Shown: positions 26,274-38,900 of the stretch, in pieces | How the letters are laid out: each line of letters begins with the position of its first letter | How positions within the stretch are numbered: the first letter of the stretch is position 1 | NCBI GenBank assembly: GCA_013239625.1 | Contig: MU053810.1 | Span: 5,612,071-5,676,070 of the forward strand | Direction of reading: 5' to 3' | From: Lama guanicoe | Lineage: Eukaryota | DNA: 64,000 bases | Position numbers and translations under genes: made by a program | Notes under the pieces: model-generated | The model's database searches: none | What the model was told of the DNA's origin: nothing | The model's input: the letters and a program-made list of their open reading frames with translations, nothing else

Positions 26274-26393
26274 GGTTCGGCAGACTCCTACACCAGCCGT
26301 CCATCCGATTCAGATGTTTCTCTGGAGGAAGATCGGGAGGCAGTGCGCAGAGAGGCAGAGCGACAGGCCCAGGCCCAGTTGGAAAAAGCAAAG
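26274..26393 (+). CDS. CACNB2: CACNB2 shared coding exon ([40 protein letters not shown]), start of the conserved core before the SH3 domain
   Basis: Acceptor ttttcctctccag ends at 26273; 120-nt phase 0-0 exon; donor AAG|GTAGAA at 26394. The translation is the hallmark CaV-beta2 sequence and is in frame with the beta2e exon. Confidence 0.98.
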
Positions 26394-27649
26394 GTAGAAC
26401 CGTTCCTTCCCCTGCCCGGCTCTGGGCAGATGGTGCCGGGGTCCACGACGGGTCACCTGCCCAAGTTCCTCCCCACCTGTGTGTTGCCTCTCTTACCGTT
26501 TCTCACTGTCTGGCTGGAAAGAGGTGCAAGAAATGAAATATATTTTCTTCCCTCAGTAGAAAAAGGCGGTGTGATAAGAGTGGTCTTGCCTTTTATGTTG
26601 TTTTCTAACCCGAGTAACTTGTTTCTGTGGGTGGATGGTTTATTTAGACAGGCAAAAATGATCCCTGAATATACAAAGAAGAAAAACTGCTTCTAATCTC
26701 AAAATGACTTTAATTCAGCTTTTTCAGGAAACCATTGCTCTGCTTAGGAAAACAAACTTTCTTCAAGCTAATGTTTATATTCTTAGACTTGAACCATCTT
26801 TTCCCCCAAATTTTACACCCTTGGTGTTTTATAATAGTATTTCTCTTACAGTTTAAAAAAAATTAGGTTGCATTATGCTTTTCAAGAATAAAGCCAGAAA
26901 AGATTTTATTAATTAAAAACGTTCCTTCTCATGGAACACTTTTCTTCTCCATCCCATAATAATGAAGTGCATATTATATGGAAGGGGGACCGGAAATCAG
27001 ACATGAAACATGTAACTAGAGAATTGAGCTGAGACTTTCATTTCACTTGTGATGATTTGGATTCTTTTGCCCATGTAGTCATCCAAGTAGCAGCTGTTTC
27101 TAAAACATAGATTGTGGTTCAAGTTGAAGGTGCCTTCATTTGTGTGATGTTCGGTAACTTCTAAATGAACGTATTTTAACTCAGTCATCGGTTTTCTTTT
27201 GTGAAAAATGACTGCTTTGAAAAAAGAGTGCTGTGTTGATTTTGCTAAAAAAAAAATCGAGGGTAACATTAGAATACTTCTGCTGGCTGCTTCATCTCTG
27301 AGATGAGTAAAATCTCTGTGTGTTGCTATGGGAATCGTGGCTTGGAGATTCTGGTTTGAATGCATGGACAGCCCTTATGTAATATTCATGACCTCTAGCA
27401 CAGCTGCCATAGTGGTTTGCAGAGGAGCTGCCAAGGGACCTTGACTTTAAAAAAAAAAAAAAAGCAGCATTTCCATGCATCAAAACAATGTTCTCATCCC
27501 AGCGGGCAGGGAAGTCAGCTCCAGGTGAGACACCGTCTTGGCTGCAAGACAGCTCACAAATGGCAGAAGCAGGGAACTGATAAAGCAAGGTGTGGTCCAG
27601 TTGCCATCCATTAATCTACTCTATGGAAGTTAACCACGTAAAGCTTTAT

Positions 27650-27985
27650 GATGTGACCATATGGATGAAACTGGGGGACATGTGCCAAGTGAAATAAACC
27701 AGTCACGGGAGGACACTTTATAATTCCACTGATATGAGGTATCTAGAGTAGTCAAACTCATAGGAGCAGAGAGTAGAATGGGGGTTGCCAGGGGCTGGAA
27801 AAGGAGAAAATGGGGGCGATGCTATTCAACAGCTAGAAGGTTTCAGTTATGCAAGATAACCAAATCCTAGAGATCTGCTGTGCAACATTGGGCCTGTAGT
27901 TAATAATCCTGTTACTGTACACTTAAAAAATTATTAAAAGGATAAATTTCTTGTTAAATGTTCTTACTACAATAGGAAAATTTTG
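27650..27985 (+). mobile_element. Old L1 3' end (L1MA/MB-like)
   Basis: atatggatgaaactggggg...aagtgaaataaaccagtcac...gtagtcaaactcatagg...ggttgccaggggctgg. Confidence 0.85.
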
Positions 27986-29489
27986 AAGTTGAAATTAAAT
28001 AATGAATGCATGACTAGTGAAGTTAATTGCCCCAAATTTGCAGCATGGCTACTATATATTGCAATTTAGAATCTGACTTCTATATTCTATGTTTTGCACA
28101 AGGGTGCAAAGAAAAGTCAAGAAAAAAAAAGAAATAACAGTTTGTATTCCAGAAGTAAGAGTGTTTTATTTACACTCATTTATTCATGTGATTTTTCACA
28201 TACCAAAATTAAACAGTTTTGCAGGTTCCTGTCACCTGATTGTACAAGCCAATGTCTTGTAGGTTCGCTTTTCATAAACCCCAATTTAGTTATCTGATGG
28301 GTGCATTTTTGTCCTGGACTACTGTAAGTCCTGAATTCAGTGACACAGTGGCATAGAACTTTTAAATATCTTTCAACTCAGTATAGATCATAACATTGTT
28401 CCCAAATCAAACCAGATTCGTGTTCTTTGTCATACAGACTAAAAAGTGTATAATTACAAGGGAAGTAGAAGATGAAAGAAAATGAAGAGAATTTAAAACA
28501 AAGGCAGACTAATTGAAGGGCTATATCTTATGCTTAAGGAAAATAGTTCATTTATATCTATTTTTCTTTAAAATTAGGTCAGTATCTTAAACCTTGTGGA
28601 TGTATTCAAATGAGTAACAACAGGGCGAGGGAGAATTTGACTATGTTCTGAGAGAAGATAAAAAGAGTAGAATTTCAGTTTATTTTGTGTTAAAATCATC
28701 GTTTGGTAAGTCTAGTTTATTCTGATGTCCTTGAAGAAGGAATACAAAAGAAGGATAGTAGCTGGGTCATTCATGAGGCTATTTAATCTACTTTCCTCCA
28801 CCAGTCTATCATCATGCCCTTGTGGGACCTATTTCGAAAGGAACCCCTAAAGTTCAAAAATAAGTAAAATCATTATTTACTTTTAAGATAGTTTAAAACA
28901 CATTTTCCATCCATTTTGGAAGACTCAAAACTTTTCTACATTTATTTTGCAACTATTCTAACATCCTAACAGAAAGCCATGATAAATGAGTGCTTTAACT
29001 CACCGACCCTACAGATCACGTGCCATTAAATCTGTGCAAATACCTAGAATAAACCTCAGTGGTGGTTTCACATCCTGGTCCTCTGTCAATATGAAATATA
29101 TTATCCATCAGTTGCCTTAAGAATATTCCTGTGAAATAAGGTGATTGGCAAGTAGGGAAACTAGAGAAAATACCTTTGGAAATTAAGTGACCTACAAAAG
29201 GTTATATAACCAGGCCCTCCGTGCTTCCCATAGAATCCAGTCTATTTTTCATGACCACTCTGTTATGGCTTCTCTTCAAGTAGTAAACTCTACAGTGAAC
29301 AGATTATATGTGTATTTTGAGGCGAATAAGTGCCATGACCTTCATTTTAACTTGGTGTTTGCTGGTCCCAGCTGCTCATTTTGACCTTGTTCAGTTTTGC
29401 CATACTTTGCCAACCCTGCCCTCTTTAAGATGGTGCTCTTTGATATTGCCTTAAAGACAATATAGGAATTGAATTTATTCCCACATTGA

Positions 29490-29830
29490 TCTTTTTCACA
29501 TAACAACTTTATTGAGCTAGAATTCATTCATTTAAAGTGTACCCTCTTCAACTTTCCATCTCCATAGATTTGTCTATTCTGATGATTATTGTATACAAAT
29601 GAATAGGAGGTCTGTTGTGACTGGCCACTTTCACTGACGACATGTTCACTGTTCATCCATGTTCTAACATGTATCAGGACTTCATTCCTTTTCCTTATCA
29701 GGTAATGTTCCACTGTATGTAGATATCATATTTGATTTATCAGTTGGTAGACATTTGGGTTTCCATTTTTTCACTATTGTTAAAAATGCTGTTATGGAAC
29801 ATTCACATACAAGATTTTTCATGGATGTTG
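29490..29830 (-). mobile_element. Old L1 3' fragment
   Basis: aactttattgag...gttcatccatgtt...cttcattcctttt...gacatttgggtttcc. Confidence 0.7.
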
Positions 29831-30489
29831 CTGGATCATAAGATCATCTTGTTTTAATTGAAAGAATATTTTCTTTTCCCCTTCATGCCCTAGAAATGAT
29901 CCTTTCTGCCCTACATCCAGAGACTCTGGGTTGAGAAATCTGCATGTAGAAGGAATTGGAGCAGAGAGGAAATAGTGTGGGTGCGGTATTATTACTAGAA
30001 TAATGTTAAATTTTACATTGATTGTTCTCTTATCAGTAAATGTCTACTATATTAAAGAAAGTGTATTCATCACAGTTGGCCTGGAGGGAAGGCACTGCAG
30101 GGCCAGAACCACCACATTAAACAGGCAGATATGTTGCTGCAGAAAGCTTCTATTAATTTGTTTAGAGAGAAAAGGCACGGTCTTCAATTACGCTAATCAG
30201 AGGTAGACTAGAAGTACGTGAGGGGAGGCGAGGTCTGTGGGTCTCCAGATCAACAGACTGCACCCAGCTGGCAGGAAGAAAGTCCTTCTTGGAGGTGGTG
30301 ATGACTTAAACCTATACCTTCCAGGATGAACAGATCGAGTTTAGCTTATCAAGTAGAAAGTTGGGGGTGGAGCAGGAAGACCTAATAAGTAATGTGAGTA
30401 ATGGCCAACATCAGGAAAGACTTGGCAGCCAGAAAACCTGGAACCTTCCAGAGGAAGGTTCCTTTTTTGCCATCTTGCCAACTGGAAGA

Positions 30490-31250
30490 TGTCTTTATTC
30501 TAGGCTCACATTTAATTAATAGTTTGGCAGAGTATAATATTCATGTACAAAAATTATCTGCCTTCAGAATTTTGAAGACATTATGTTGCTTTTTTTCTAA
30601 GTGTCCAGCCCTGCTGGGGTGAACGTCAATGTCATTCTGTCTCTGAGCACAATTCCTGCATAATTTTCTCTAATATTCTGAGAACTGTTCTTCCTTTGGT
30701 ATTCTAAAGTTTGACCTTGGTGTGAGTCTTACTATTTATCGTCCCTGGCTTTTCATGTAAATGCTCCTTGTGAAGGGCCAGTCATTTCAGCTCTGGAAAG
30801 TGTGTTATTTGTTTATCTATTTATTTATTTTTTATAATTTCTTCCCCTGTTTTCCCTCTTTTTCTGGTCCTCTAGTTTGTCAGATGTCTAATGAGCATTT
30901 TCTTCTCTCTGCATTTTTTTCCTCTTCTCTCTGTCTGTTTGTTCTACTGTCCGAGTTTTTCTCCACTTATCTTTTAACCTACCTATAGACATTTTTTATT
31001 TTTGAAAATTTCAAATTCCCAAGAGCCTTCGTCTCTTCTCCTCTTTCATACCTTCTTATTTTTCTTCCATGGCTGTAATATTTTTCTCTTCTCTCTCTCA
31101 AGATTTTAAGTTTTCTGTACTGTCTGTGTTTTTGAAGCTTTTCAATCTGATTTGTACATCTGGAGACTTTCTTCCAAGGATTGATTTTTCAGTTACCCAT
31201 TCATAATTAAGAGCAAGATGCTGTAAAGTTGAGTAGAAGCTGTAAATGTG
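30490..31250 (-). mobile_element. Very old L1 (L1ME-like) fragment
   Basis: T-rich; aatagtttggcagagtataatattc...cttcagaattttgaagacatt. Confidence 0.5.
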
Positions 31251-32489
31251 ATGACACACTTCTTGACTGCTGCTCTTTTATAGGGTGGGGGGTGGCTTTT
31301 TTTCAGTCTGATCAGTGTCCCCAAAGAAGTCCCCAGCCTTTTGATACTTGAGATCTCACTCTCTACTCTAAATCCACTGCCTACTTTTTTCTATGTTCTA
31401 CATTTTTATCTGCCCCCATCTTACTTTTTGTTTTTTCATCTGTGGGTTTATACTTTTTCAAAAAGGAGAAAAACTTTCAGGAGGAAGCATTTGTTCTGTT
31501 GACCATATTTTATCCCCCATATTTATCAATAAATATACTATAAAAAAAGAGAAAGTGTTACTCATATTGCCTTAGTCCATAAATGCGTTAGACATTGAGA
31601 GAATTCTATCTAATTAGAAATATCTCCCTACCTGGCCTTTTCAGAAGAAAGAATAAACAAGAATGTGTTTCTTCATCTTCAACCCAAAGATGAATTTTAT
31701 GTGGAAAAAAAACGTTAAATTTTTTTAAAGGTATCTTATTGAGAAAATTATGTGGGAGGTAGGAGAGAAGAATGTGTACCTGTCTATATCACAGACTTCC
31801 TTAAACCCTCAAGATAAACTATTGGATAAAATCCAAAGAACATGTGGTAGGTATTAAACTAGATGGCTGTGCACAGGAAAAAAAAAACACATTTAATTGA
31901 TAAAAAATGACAACATCCAGCAGAGAGCTCTCGTCGTCAAAAACATAAACTATGGGAGATGTTCTTCAGAAAATATCTTAGGCGAAAATTATTTTCCCAT
32001 TGTTGATTTTAGTGCTGGCTCTTCATCTTTGCGTTGAAAAACTGTCAGCTCTCTTTTGCTCATAGCAATTACCTTCCAAATAGAGCTAGAAAATTGGCAA
32101 AGTATGTCTAGTTTCCGACATCAGGAGTTGGTTGATTGTTCAAGTGCATATTAGGTTGCATTTTTTTCCCTACCTGTAAGAAATAAAAAGCGTGCGAAAG
32201 ACCCGTGGACCTGGTTTAGGCTTCTGTGTGGGTCATAAACATGACTGGGTAGGTATAGTCCGGACGCTGGTACGTGTAATTCCACTCCTCTCAAATGTTA
32301 GTTGACAATAGTAGTAATAACACAATCATGATAACACTTTGTGAGTGATTACTCTTCATTATGGACAGTTGGAAAGATCGAAAAGGAGAAAGCAAAGCTT
32401 TATGTCCCTAAAGCATTTTGAGGTCCTCTCAAGCGGTTAGGGTCATGCAGTGCATAGAGCATCATTTCCGACACTATCTTTTACATCAG

Positions 32490-32890
32490 AACAGATCTCT
32501 CCCAGTTTAGTGACTTAAGGTCACAGTGCTCTTCCATGCATCACTGGCTGACTGGCAGGTGAGCTGGTGACCAGTTGATCTGGGAAGACCTCTTGCATGT
32601 GTCTGGAGGTTGGCAGCTGTCAGCCTGGGCATCTCCCTTCTCCTCCGGGGGTCTCCCATCCCCCAGCTAGCTGGTTGGCTCCTCCTCATGCTGTTCTCAG
32701 AGTTAGTTACAAGGACATCAAGAGGGTCCCAAAGGGCAATATTCAAGTCTCTTCTTGTGTCCTGTGTGCTGATGCCCTGTGGCCCAAGCAAGCCACGTGG
32801 CTAAACCCGGAGTCAATGTGGGAAGGGATGACCACCACGGGCATGGATTCCGGGGTGGAGATTATTACAGCTGTTTTCTGCAGATGATCT
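32490..32890. mobile_element. Old MaLR LTR (MLT1F-H-like)
   Basis: cagctagctgg...ctcatg...attcaagtctct...ggcccaagcaagccacgtggctaaacccggagtcaatgtgggaaggga. Confidence 0.6.
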
Positions 32891-35489
32891 GCCATATCTG
32901 TCTTTGTTCTCCCTTCCTTCTTTGGAAGAAGAAATGTCTCCATACTTTTGAAATATACAGCCCTGTCTTCTCTCCCTTCCCGTCTTTCCATTTCCATCCT
33001 GTCTTCTTCCCTTCCTTGAAACTGACTTCGGTCTGTATCTTTACTGATCTGGTCTCTAGTGACTTTCAGAGTTCATTGACATCTTCTTAAGCATCCCCTA
33101 GACATCTCTGTCAGCCTTGCCTTGTTTTATCTTTTCCAAGTCAATTTAGTCTCGCAGGTACTGGCTACAACACAAGCCTATTTCTACTGCCTTTCTGGTC
33201 CTTCCCTGCCAGTCTCATCCGCTGCTTCCCTCTACTGAAGTGTGGAAGTTCGTCCACCCAAATGCACCAACCTTGACCTTCTGGTTTTTATCTCTGTAGG
33301 CGTGCCTTTGGTTTTCAAACCAGTGGGTTCCTCAGGAGCTGCTGTAGAGGCAGAGGGCTGCCCAGAGGTTGTGTTCTGGTGCATCTTCCCAGATTCAGCC
33401 AAAGCAGCTCTCTCCATTTTCTTTTCTTTTCTTTCTTTCTTTCTTTTTTTTGGGGGGGCAGGGGTAGGGGAATATTGGGACTTTCATGTAAGTTCTCCTT
33501 TGACTGTAGAGTTCACCTTCATAATGAGTTTTAAGCCATTGTCATCTTTCCCTCTACCATCTCACCCTCCTCACCGTTCTCAGTATCACTTTAAGTCTGC
33601 ACCTCTGCCCTTGACCTCTCTCCCTAGTGTCGGTATCTCAAATCTTCCCTTTTTGGGCATCTCTATCAGCTCTGCCATTTAAAATGGAGCTCCCCAATTT
33701 TTCCTTCAAACCCTTTCTTCTCTGCATTTTCATATTTCAGTCAATGTTAATTTCACCCTCCCAAGATCAAAGCCTTCATCCAGGGGTCAGCAGATATTTT
33801 TTTTTTCCTGTATAAATTCAGGTGGGAGATACTTTAGGTGCTGTGGGTCATTTGGTGTCTGTCACAACTGCTCAACTCAGGGAAGCCTGGATTTGGAGTC
33901 TATCTCTGCAGTAGACTGGCTGCGTGACCTTTTGATAAGTTGCACGTGACCCTCTTGGTTCCAGCGATAACTGCACGAGCTGGTACGTGTCAAGCCCAGG
34001 GTTCCCGGGCAGGGGACTGGGATGGGCACAGGCAGCTGGAACTTGGTGCTCCCGCCTTCAAGTTCAATGTCTAACGGGGAGTCTGTATTAGAAGCAATGA
34101 AACCACTGTTTTCACTCCCTCCCTGGTTGTGCAAGGTCGCCAGACACCATTATATGTGGTCATGACCATGTTTGAGTTACTTGTTTCTACCCGGGTGGTG
34201 AGTGCTGTGTGACAGATCTGTACTGTCCAGTGGCTGCCGACTTGAGTGGCATTTGCACTGTCATGTGATCATCACCACAGCTCACGGGCCATCAGACTGC
34301 ATCCCCCATCCCTCCCCGGGACTAGGCGGCATCCTGTCCCCTGCACTAGAGTTGGAGCCCCTTGAGAGAAAGGGCAGCTCTGTGCTGCTTAATCTCACTG
34401 CTGCAGGTTCCCATTTCTCTCCTCTGGAGTTAACTCTCTCTCTTGCTCTTCTCACAGGCTCTTTTCTGAGTAACTCCTGAGTATTTTAGGAATAAAATTA
34501 CATATCGTTCCCTGTTTCTTGACGGTTATATTTATCTTGGCGCTCGACCCAGGAGTGAGCTTTAAGTTTCTTAGGGGGAAGAGTTACATGTTTCAAAGAG
34601 AACCCGATACTCTATCTAACTCAGCCCTCTCTTACAGTGGATTTATGGTTTTTATTAATGGAAGTTCTAGGGGTCTGAAATTTGCCCACATTAGAACTGC
34701 ACTCTTGTGTGAGAACCCTTATAAGGACTGCTAACATAATACAGACTGCTGGCTGTTTCAGAGCCATAAATGGATTGGGGAAGGATTATTATAAATGTTG
34801 CTGCTCAAGCCTTCTTTTTCATAGAGAGCTGTAACTGAACATCTTTGTTGTCTCGTTATAAACACAGCTATAAATACATGATTCTTACCCTCTTTTTTCT
34901 CTCCAATAGACATGAATGAGGCAGCACACAAAGACCTTTAAGAGCTTAAAACAGTCAACCGCTCTCTGCCTTTGAGTCTTGGCCCCCACCAACAGCTAAA
35001 GGAAAGATGCTGAAAGCTTTGAGAGGAGAATGTCTTCAATTAGCAAACGTTTGATGGGTGGTATTGTACTAGGGAACTAGGAGACAGAAGAAGAGATAGC
35101 AAAGGAGTGTTAGATGTGGTTTCTCCCTCAAGAAGCTTATGGTCTAATGAATGATGATGCCAGACGTGTGCATCACTGATGGAGAGCAACGTGCTAAGTG
35201 ATAGATTAACAGCAGTGGGAGCCACATGCTGGAGGGCTGGTGAGCAGAGGGTGGAGTTACTGCTGGGGTCCTGGAGGGCTGAGCACCAGGAGGAGGGCAA
35301 CTGGGATAGTAGATGTCCCCACCAGGAAGTGGCTGTCTCTTTGGGGACAAAACCTTGGCTAACCAGTGATGTAATTCTTCTAAGTTTATTTAGATCAGTT
35401 GCTAACCGAGGGTCCAACAAAGGCTATTATTTTGGTTTAATTTTGCTTAAATCCCATTGAATTCCAATTTACCTTCAACTAACCACACT

Positions 35490-35935
35490 GAAGTGTTGTT
35501 TGTTTTTTTTTTATCCTGTTAATCATTTTGAAGTGTGCAGTTCAGTGGTGGTAACTGTGTTCACATTGTTACGTAACATCTCTAGGACTTTTTCATCTTG
35601 CAAAACTGAAATTGTATACCTGTTGAACATCTCTCCATTTCCTGCTCCCTCCACACCCAGCCCCTGGCAGCCACCATCCTAGTTTCCATTCGCATGATTG
35701 TGACCATTCAAGGAACCTCGTGTAATGGAATCATACGGTATTTGTTATTTTGGGACTAGTTTGTTTAACTCTGCCTGAAGTCCTCAGGGTTCATCCATGT
35801 TGTAGCACGTGGCAGGACTGCCTTCTTTTTAAGGCCAAGTAATATTCCCTTATGTAGATAAGCCACATTTTCTTTATCCATTTATCTGTTGGTGGACATT
35901 TGGGCTGCTTCCACATCTTCGCTCCTGTGAATAAT
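35490..35935 (-). mobile_element. L1MB-like 3' end
   Basis: tttcatcttgcaaaactgaaa...cccagcccctggcagccaccatcc...ggttcatccatgttgtagca...ggacatttgggctgcttccac. Confidence 0.88.
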
Positions 35936-38900
35936 GATGGGAAGAATTTTTTTATCTTTTTTTTTTTTGATGATCCCATTAAGCTGTACCATAGCAAGTA
36001 GTAGCTTATGGTCATGCAGTGTCTCAGTGTTGAAATCCTCAGTGTATTCCTTTGCTTGGTCCTTGCAAGTACTTAGTGGGGAAAGGAAGACAGCTACAGT
36101 TACCCTATTCTATGAATGAGGAAATCAATGGTGGATATTCAACAGTCTTGTCCAAGCTCACAGAGCTCTTAAGTAGCAGAATTAGGACAAGAACCCATGC
36201 TTCTGTTTGGTAGGATTCTGTTTTTACATTCTTTCACCTAATCAGTGAGCCCCTCTTAGAAAGATATAAACTAAGAATGCACAAATGCTGCCTCTGTTTC
36301 ATGCTGTGGAGGAATTAAAGGAATAAAATTTTTTTTCTTAAATAACAAAAGCGGAAAAAAAAAGGCATAGCAACTATTAAAACAATTTAATAAATCAAAA
36401 TACCACCACTGGCTTTTTCTTCTCTCTTTTTTTTTTTTCCCCTGTTGAGTCTAGATAATATAAATAGAGTTTACAATCAAAGTGCTTCCACCCCCCCCCC
36501 AACTTTAAGTTTGTTTTATGGTACTTGTGCCACGATTTAGAATGAGTACTTTTTAAAAAAAAAAAAACATTTTTATCACCCTTTAAACAAAAATTCTGAG
36601 CTAAAATATCGTGAATCCAATGAGTTATTAAAGAGGGAGCTTTCAGGATGTATTGTGTACTGTATTCTTGGTTAAACAGAGATACAAATGGAATGTACCT
36701 AAAAATATTTGAATAGGATCTTCCTATAGAGAAATGTAAAAATAATCAAATATCCTAGAAATAGGTCATATGAAGAAGGCTAAAAAAATCGAGTTGAAGT
36801 TGGGTGCAGGAGAGAAGATGGAAATTACAGTGAAACTATTTGAAAAGAGATTTCTTAAGTGTTGCCTCCTCCTAAGGGGGGGAAATGGTGAAATGAATGG
36901 TCTGAAAATTATAGTAGCCAAAATGTAAAGTTAGATGTTATAATTGACTTGAGAGGGATGAGAACATTGTAAAGAAAAACTAGAAAACTATCTTACAGTG
37001 GTTTTAAAGAAACTTCCTTGGCTTAAGAAAGCGTTGGTTTATTTTATCTAAATCGTGCCTTGAGGAAGAAAGATATGACCCAGCTAGCTGTGAAGGTTAT
37101 TTTTCTCCTAGTGATTCCCTACCAGTAGTTCTTTCTATTGACATTTTGCAGGACTAACATTCATTGCTTAAAAAAAAAAAAAAAAGTCAGATCTTGAAGA
37201 TTGAGGCTAATGCTGTGCTCACCTTACCCTCCCAAGACTGGGTCAGGAAGTGTATTTGGCAGGAGGGAAGTGAAAATGTAGGCAGGCATCACTCCAGTTG
37301 TCCAATCTTTCTGCTTTCTAGATCCAGTCCCTGGATTTTAAACAACTTAACTCTTCCTTTTGTCTTCTTCAAGGAACTATGGTCGCCCTTGAGTGAAATA
37401 TTTATTGGACCAATTGTAACCTGTGAGTCAACCCACATTCCTTACAGATGAAAGTCAAGTGAGAAGTCTGTTTGCAAGGCAACCCAGTGCCACACAGTGC
37501 ATTCACACAGAATTAGAGCAGACCTTTGGCATATACACAGCTTCATGCTGTGAGTTTAAGTTGTCTGAAGCATATAATAATCATATAATGGATATACGCA
37601 ATTCAAAAGTGCTTTGAATTAGACAAAAATCTCCATGTGCTAAATGAATTCATTATTCATTCAACACACTTGTATTCTATCACCACCCTGGTGGTCTGGG
37701 TGATGCTAGGGGATATAAAATGATTAAGCCTTGGTCCCTAATTATCAAGAGTTCACTCTTAAGAGGACATTTACATAGTAATCATACAGTAACATACAAT
37801 AGTATCTTACTCACCTCCTCACTTTAAAGGGAAGAAGATAAGGTGATCACACCAAATCCCGTATTTCATAGTCACTATGCACTGTGCACTAAGGTTTATG
37901 AACTGCCTTATGTTTTGTATCCATTTTACTACATGGTCTGCCCCCGAGCTGGCTTTTCAAAGATGGCAGTGAGTCAGCATCCTCTTATTCAAGTGACAAA
38001 AACTCACCTAAAGGGATGTATCCCAACCTTAAATATTTTATTTAAGCTTAATACATTAAGAAATGCACACTTCAGCCCTGATCTCTTGGTACAAAACTGA
38101 GGCCTGTTCTTTGAGCATGAGTCTACTGATTGGAGTTTCATTGATGACCCCTACAAGCATCTTCACTATAGAATTGAGTTTGACATTGGAGTTTGACCCT
38201 ATCCAATGGGATTTGGAGCTGAAAAGGATTTTTTAAATTTTAAAACGCAGTCATGTTTATGCCTCAAGATGATAAGTTAAATTTCTCCTAAATTTCTTAG
38301 TTTTATAAAACATGAACCATCTGTTTCCATTCTTATACTTTAGCTAAATGTCTTGGTAAAATGAAAAAAACAGGCATTTGATAAAATGTAGTATCTTCAT
38401 AGAAAAGGGAGTTTGAACGATTTTTTTTCCTAAAAATTCATATGTATATAAAATGTTCTGATATTAATAAAGGTTGGTCCAAGAAAAGCTATCAATTTGA
38501 ATTAGACAAGTAGGGTACCTTACCATCTTAGCTCTTGAAGTATTTTTTTATATTTTCCTGAAATACATATGGTATTTCCTTGGCTGGAAAAAAAAAAGTT
38601 AATTGTAACATCATCAGTATAGAACCTTTTTTTAAGGATTTTTTAAAACTATTTCTTCATCTTTCCTGGATCATGAATGCCTTTAAATACAGGATGAAAT
38701 CTTTGAGCCTTCTCCAGAGAAATAGCTTATATCCACGTATCCTGGCTTATATGTCCAGGGTCTTCACAGACCCCTGAAATAAATCCATGTACCCTAAGGG
38801 TTTACAGAGTACAAGGACCTTTGTTAAGGCTCGTAGGCTTGGTCCAGTTAGAATCGCTGATGCCTGAAAATCTATGGGACGTTGCTGTAAGTCTGTGAAG

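Noticed and set aside
26343..26696. 117-aa ORF beginning [17 protein letters not shown]
   Set aside because: Only the first 17 codons are real exon sequence; the rest is read-through past the donor at 26394.
32168..32191. Polypyrimidine-CAG|GTAGG recursive-splice-like motif
   Set aside because: It is on the - strand, opposite to CACNB2, with no supported antisense gene.
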